Part shown: piece by piece, positions 17,940 through 20,000 of the stretch
How positions within the stretch are numbered: the first letter of the stretch is position 1
Layout of the letters: each line of letters starts with the position of its first letter
Virus record (IMG/VR): IMGVR_UViG_2690316030_000001
Reading direction: 5' to 3' (one strand)
Source of the DNA: an uncultured virus (IMG/VR IMGVR_UViG_2690316030_000001)
Taxonomy: Duplodnaviria; Heunggongvirae; Uroviricota; Caudoviricetes
DNA length: 20,000 nucleotides
The notes under the pieces: model-generated
The model's input: the letters and a program-made list of their open reading frames with translations, nothing else
What the model was told of the DNA's origin: nothing
Database searches by the model: none
Program-made: the position numbers and the translations under genes

Positions 17940-18283
17940 ACATGGCTGATTGGCAGCTGCCGCCACTTGCTCAAGACGGCTGGGGCCTAGCGACCTGGGT
18001 AGTAATAGCTTTCGTCGTCATGTGCTTCCTCGGCATCCTGTGGACGCTGCAACACTTCGACCTCAAAGCCATCCGGCACCAAACAGAGAACTCCCACGAC
18101 ACCAACCTGCGCGACGACATCGACGAGATACGCGAGATGGTCCGCGACGGAATGGCCGACATCCGCAGCGACATCTCCGGTATCCGAAAGGACATCGGAG
18201 GACTGCGCGGAGAGCTGCGCACCGAACGCGAAGAACGCATCGAATCCGACGCCCGCATATGGCGGGGACCCTGGAAGGCTTAG
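17936..18283 (+). CDS. Single-TM coiled-coil protein, DUF2746-like (possible lysis accessory)
   Basis: GGAG RBS at 17924-17927. An N-terminal TM helix is followed by the ENSHDTNLRDDID motif and a heptad coiled coil. Confidence 0.78.
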   Translation: MNMADWQLPPLAQDGWGLATWVVIAFVVMCFLGILWTLQHFDLKAIRHQTENSHDTNLRDDIDEIREMVRDGMADIRSDISGIRKDIGGLRGELRTEREERIESDARIWRGPWKA

Positions 18284-18319
18284 ACCCCGCCGCTAGCGCT
18301 TACCGCCAATAGAATTGGG
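18280..18319 (+). promoter_or_regulatory. Conserved 40-bp element, copy C, with -10 hexamer TAGAAT
   Basis: TTAGACCCCGCCGCTAGCGCTTACCGCCAATAGAATTGGG. TAGAAT (18310-18315) lies 6 nt before ATG 18322. Confidence 0.7.
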
Positions 18320-18321
18320 GT

Positions 18322-18648
18322 ATGTTCACCGTCGCTCAGCTGCGTAAGGCAATCAATGACTTGCCAGACGACATGCTTGTGATGACCGAAGACGGCGAAT
18401 CACCAATGAGTGATGCGAACCTATACATCGCCCCGGCATGCCGCCATCGGATCGGCAGCAACAGCTGGGTATCCGAGGGGCATGAGGACCCACCCGCCAC
18501 CGAATTGGCCCGCGAGGTATTCGGCGAATGCGAGAACACTCATGTTCTACTCGTCACGCGGTTCGGAAACGATGGCCAGGACATCACCCCGGAAGAGCCT
18601 GGCGTGATCGACGTTCAGGTAGAACAGACCGCAATCGAATCTGGTTAG
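18322..18648 (+). CDS. Hypothetical acidic protein, 108 aa (cargo of cassette C)
   Basis: The N-terminal TVAQLRKAINDLPDDMLV pattern is common in small phage proteins. Probably leaderless. Confidence 0.7.
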   Translation: MFTVAQLRKAINDLPDDMLVMTEDGESPMSDANLYIAPACRHRIGSNSWVSEGHEDPPATELAREVFGECENTHVLLVTRFGNDGQDITPEEPGVIDVQVEQTAIESG

Positions 18649-18666
18649 CCCCCTCGCTTCACAGCC

Positions 18667-18716
18667 GCCCCCGGCTCCCGTGCTTCCCCCCAGCATGGTT
18701 GAGCCGGGGGCTTTTT
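18667..18716 (+). terminator. Strong intrinsic terminator between the rightward genes and the convergent integrase
   Basis: Perfect 11-bp stem GCCCCCGGCTC/GAGCCGGGGGC with an inner CCGTGCT/AGCATGG stem, followed by TTTTT. Confidence 0.85.
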
Positions 18717-18740
18717 GTGTTTCCGGTGGTTGGTTTCGAA

Positions 18741-20000
18741 TCAGCTGCCTGGCACTAGCACTGCGAGGGCGTCCATCATCGTCGAGTTCCTTGCCTGATC
18801 GGCGTGTGCGTAGATCCTCGTGACTTCCGGGGAGTTGTGTCCCAGGATCTCCATGCGAGTCTGCTCGTCCGCGCCCGCGGCGCGCAGCACTGTGGCGGTG
18901 GTGTGGCGGGTGCTATGCAGCGGCATGGTCTCGCCCTCCCCGATGATCCCGGCATCCCGCAGGAGTTTGTGCCATGCCTGGTTATCGTCATTCGGAATGA
19001 CTGGTGCGCCGTCGGCGCGGTGGAACACAAGGTTATGTGGATTGGGTCCGCAATCCTTCTCGCGGAGCTGCGCCAGTGCCAGCCGCAGCGGCTCAATCAC
19101 AGGCACCCACCGCTTCCCCGCCTCTGATTTAGGTCGGGTTAGCGCCAGGGATGCATGTAGTGGTTCGTACTCAAACTTCACAGGCAAATCCCACTTCGGT
19201 TCGGTGCAGTGCCCACCATTCTTGCGGCCACACGGCCACTTCTCGTTGACCTTTTCACCGCAGCCATGCGCGCGCTTGAGCTGCTGGAGCTGCCAAGTGA
19301 TGTCCACCGCCCCGCCTTTGAGGTCCACTCGATCCCATGTCAGCCCAAGCGATTCACCTTGCCGAGTCCCCGTAAGGAAGAGGAATAACCACCGGGTGGC
19401 CTCCATCTGATTGCGGTGTTTGACCGCGTACGCGAGCAGCTTGTGCACGTCGCCGATAGATAGCGCCGTCCGATCACCCTTGGATACTTCGGGCGCATCC
19501 ACCGGGGCGGCGACGTTCCGTTTGATAAGACCCTCTGCGACCGCATCCTTGAGGGCCTTGTGCAACACCACGTGAGCCTTTTGGGTGCGCCGCGCACCCT
19601 TGCCGATGAGCGTGTGCATGCGCCGAACATCAGCCGGCGTCAGTTCGATCAGCTTCTTATGCCCTATGGCGCTGGCGATGTTGTTGATGGTGTGCCCGTA
19701 GTCGCGGTAGGTGGTGGGGCGGATACGTTCTCTATGGACGTTCGGAAGCCAGTAGTCGAGCCACTTGGCGACCGTCATAGTCCTGTCGAGGTTGAAGCCA
19801 TCTGACGATTCGGCTTTCAATTCATCCAATCGGGCTACGAGGGTGCGGTAGTCCTTGCTGTAGACACGCTTCTGGCGCCGCTTCCCGGTCTCGTCGGGGG
19901 GCGCCTCGATCGAACCGACCCACATTCCATCGGCCCGCTGGAAGATGCTGCCCTCACCCTTGGCACGCGGCGGTCGCTTCTTCTTGGATGTGAATACCAC
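18741..20000 (-). CDS. int: Tyrosine integrase (start at or beyond the window edge)
   Basis: N-terminal RAKGEGSIFQRADG arm-binding-like segment and a SAM-like core-binding domain. Catalytic residues: R (TGTRQGE), K (PKS), HSTRH, LGH and Y (RIYAH). Confidence 0.95.
   Translation of the reverse strand: MVFTSKKKRPPRAKGEGSIFQRADGMWVGSIEAPPDETGKRRQKRVYSKDYRTLVARLDELKAESSDGFNLDRTMTVAKWLDYWLPNVHRERIRPTTYRDYGHTINNIASAIGHKKLIELTPADVRRMHTLIGKGARRTQKAHVVLHKALKDAVAEGLIKRNVAAPVDAPEVSKGDRTALSIGDVHKLLAYAVKHRNQMEATRWLFLFLTGTRQGESLGLTWDRVDLKGGAVDITWQLQQLKRAHGCGEKVNEKWPCGRKNGGHCTEPKWDLPVKFEYEPLHASLALTRPKSEAGKRWVPVIEPLRLALAQLREKDCGPNPHNLVFHRADGAPVIPNDDNQAWHKLLRDAGIIGEGETMPLHSTRHTTATVLRAAGADEQTRMEILGHNSPEVTRIYAHADQARNSTMMDALAVLVPGS

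Larger units (their letters stand above)
1..20000. mobile_element. Temperate mycobacteriophage-like siphovirus/prophage segment (tail, lysis, accessory, integrase)
   Basis: Canonical gene order tape measure - minor tails - lysis - integrase, with no host housekeeping genes. Confidence 0.95.

Noticed and set aside
16991..18648. Classical integron or MPME assignment for the cassettes
   Set aside because: There is no attC palindrome (RYYYAAC...GTTRRRY), no IntI, no terminal inverted repeats and no shared ORF.
18717..18745. Possible attP/tRNA fragment (GGTTTCGAATC resembles a T-arm)
   Set aside because: The match is imperfect, there is no tRNA stem, and only about 25 bp separate the terminator from the int stop. 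The att site cannot be located from this window.
18741..20000. Integration-dependent immunity-type integrase
   Set aside because: It retains an N-terminal arm-binding-like segment and has no obvious ssrA-like C-terminus (ends LVPGS). The repressor is not in the window.

Overview
The window is part of a temperate, GC-rich actinobacteriophage or prophage. It is most likely a Mycobacterium siphovirus, because it has LysB and mycobacteriophage-type minor tail proteins. On the + strand it carries the 3' part of the tape measure gene, seven minor tail/baseplate/fibre genes (one fused to a serine beta-lactamase/D-Ala-D-Ala carboxypeptidase-like domain), a terminator, small membrane ORFs, and a lysis cassette (lysin A, holin, lysin B). 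These are followed by a Zn-finger + Mre11-like metallophosphoesterase pair and an accessory region of small genes. A strong terminator and a convergent tyrosine integrase close the window. The most unusual signal is in the accessory region (17.0-18.65 kb). Three unrelated small genes, in both orientations, each begin with the same degenerate 40-bp element (YTAGACMCCG...GCT...CGCC...KANAATTGRG), which ends in a -10-like hexamer just before the start codon. Each unit is bounded at both ends by a YTAG tetranucleotide, and deleting the units in silico leaves plausible empty sites. This looks like a family of promoter-carrying single-gene cassettes. All calls come from reading motifs by eye; no searches were run.
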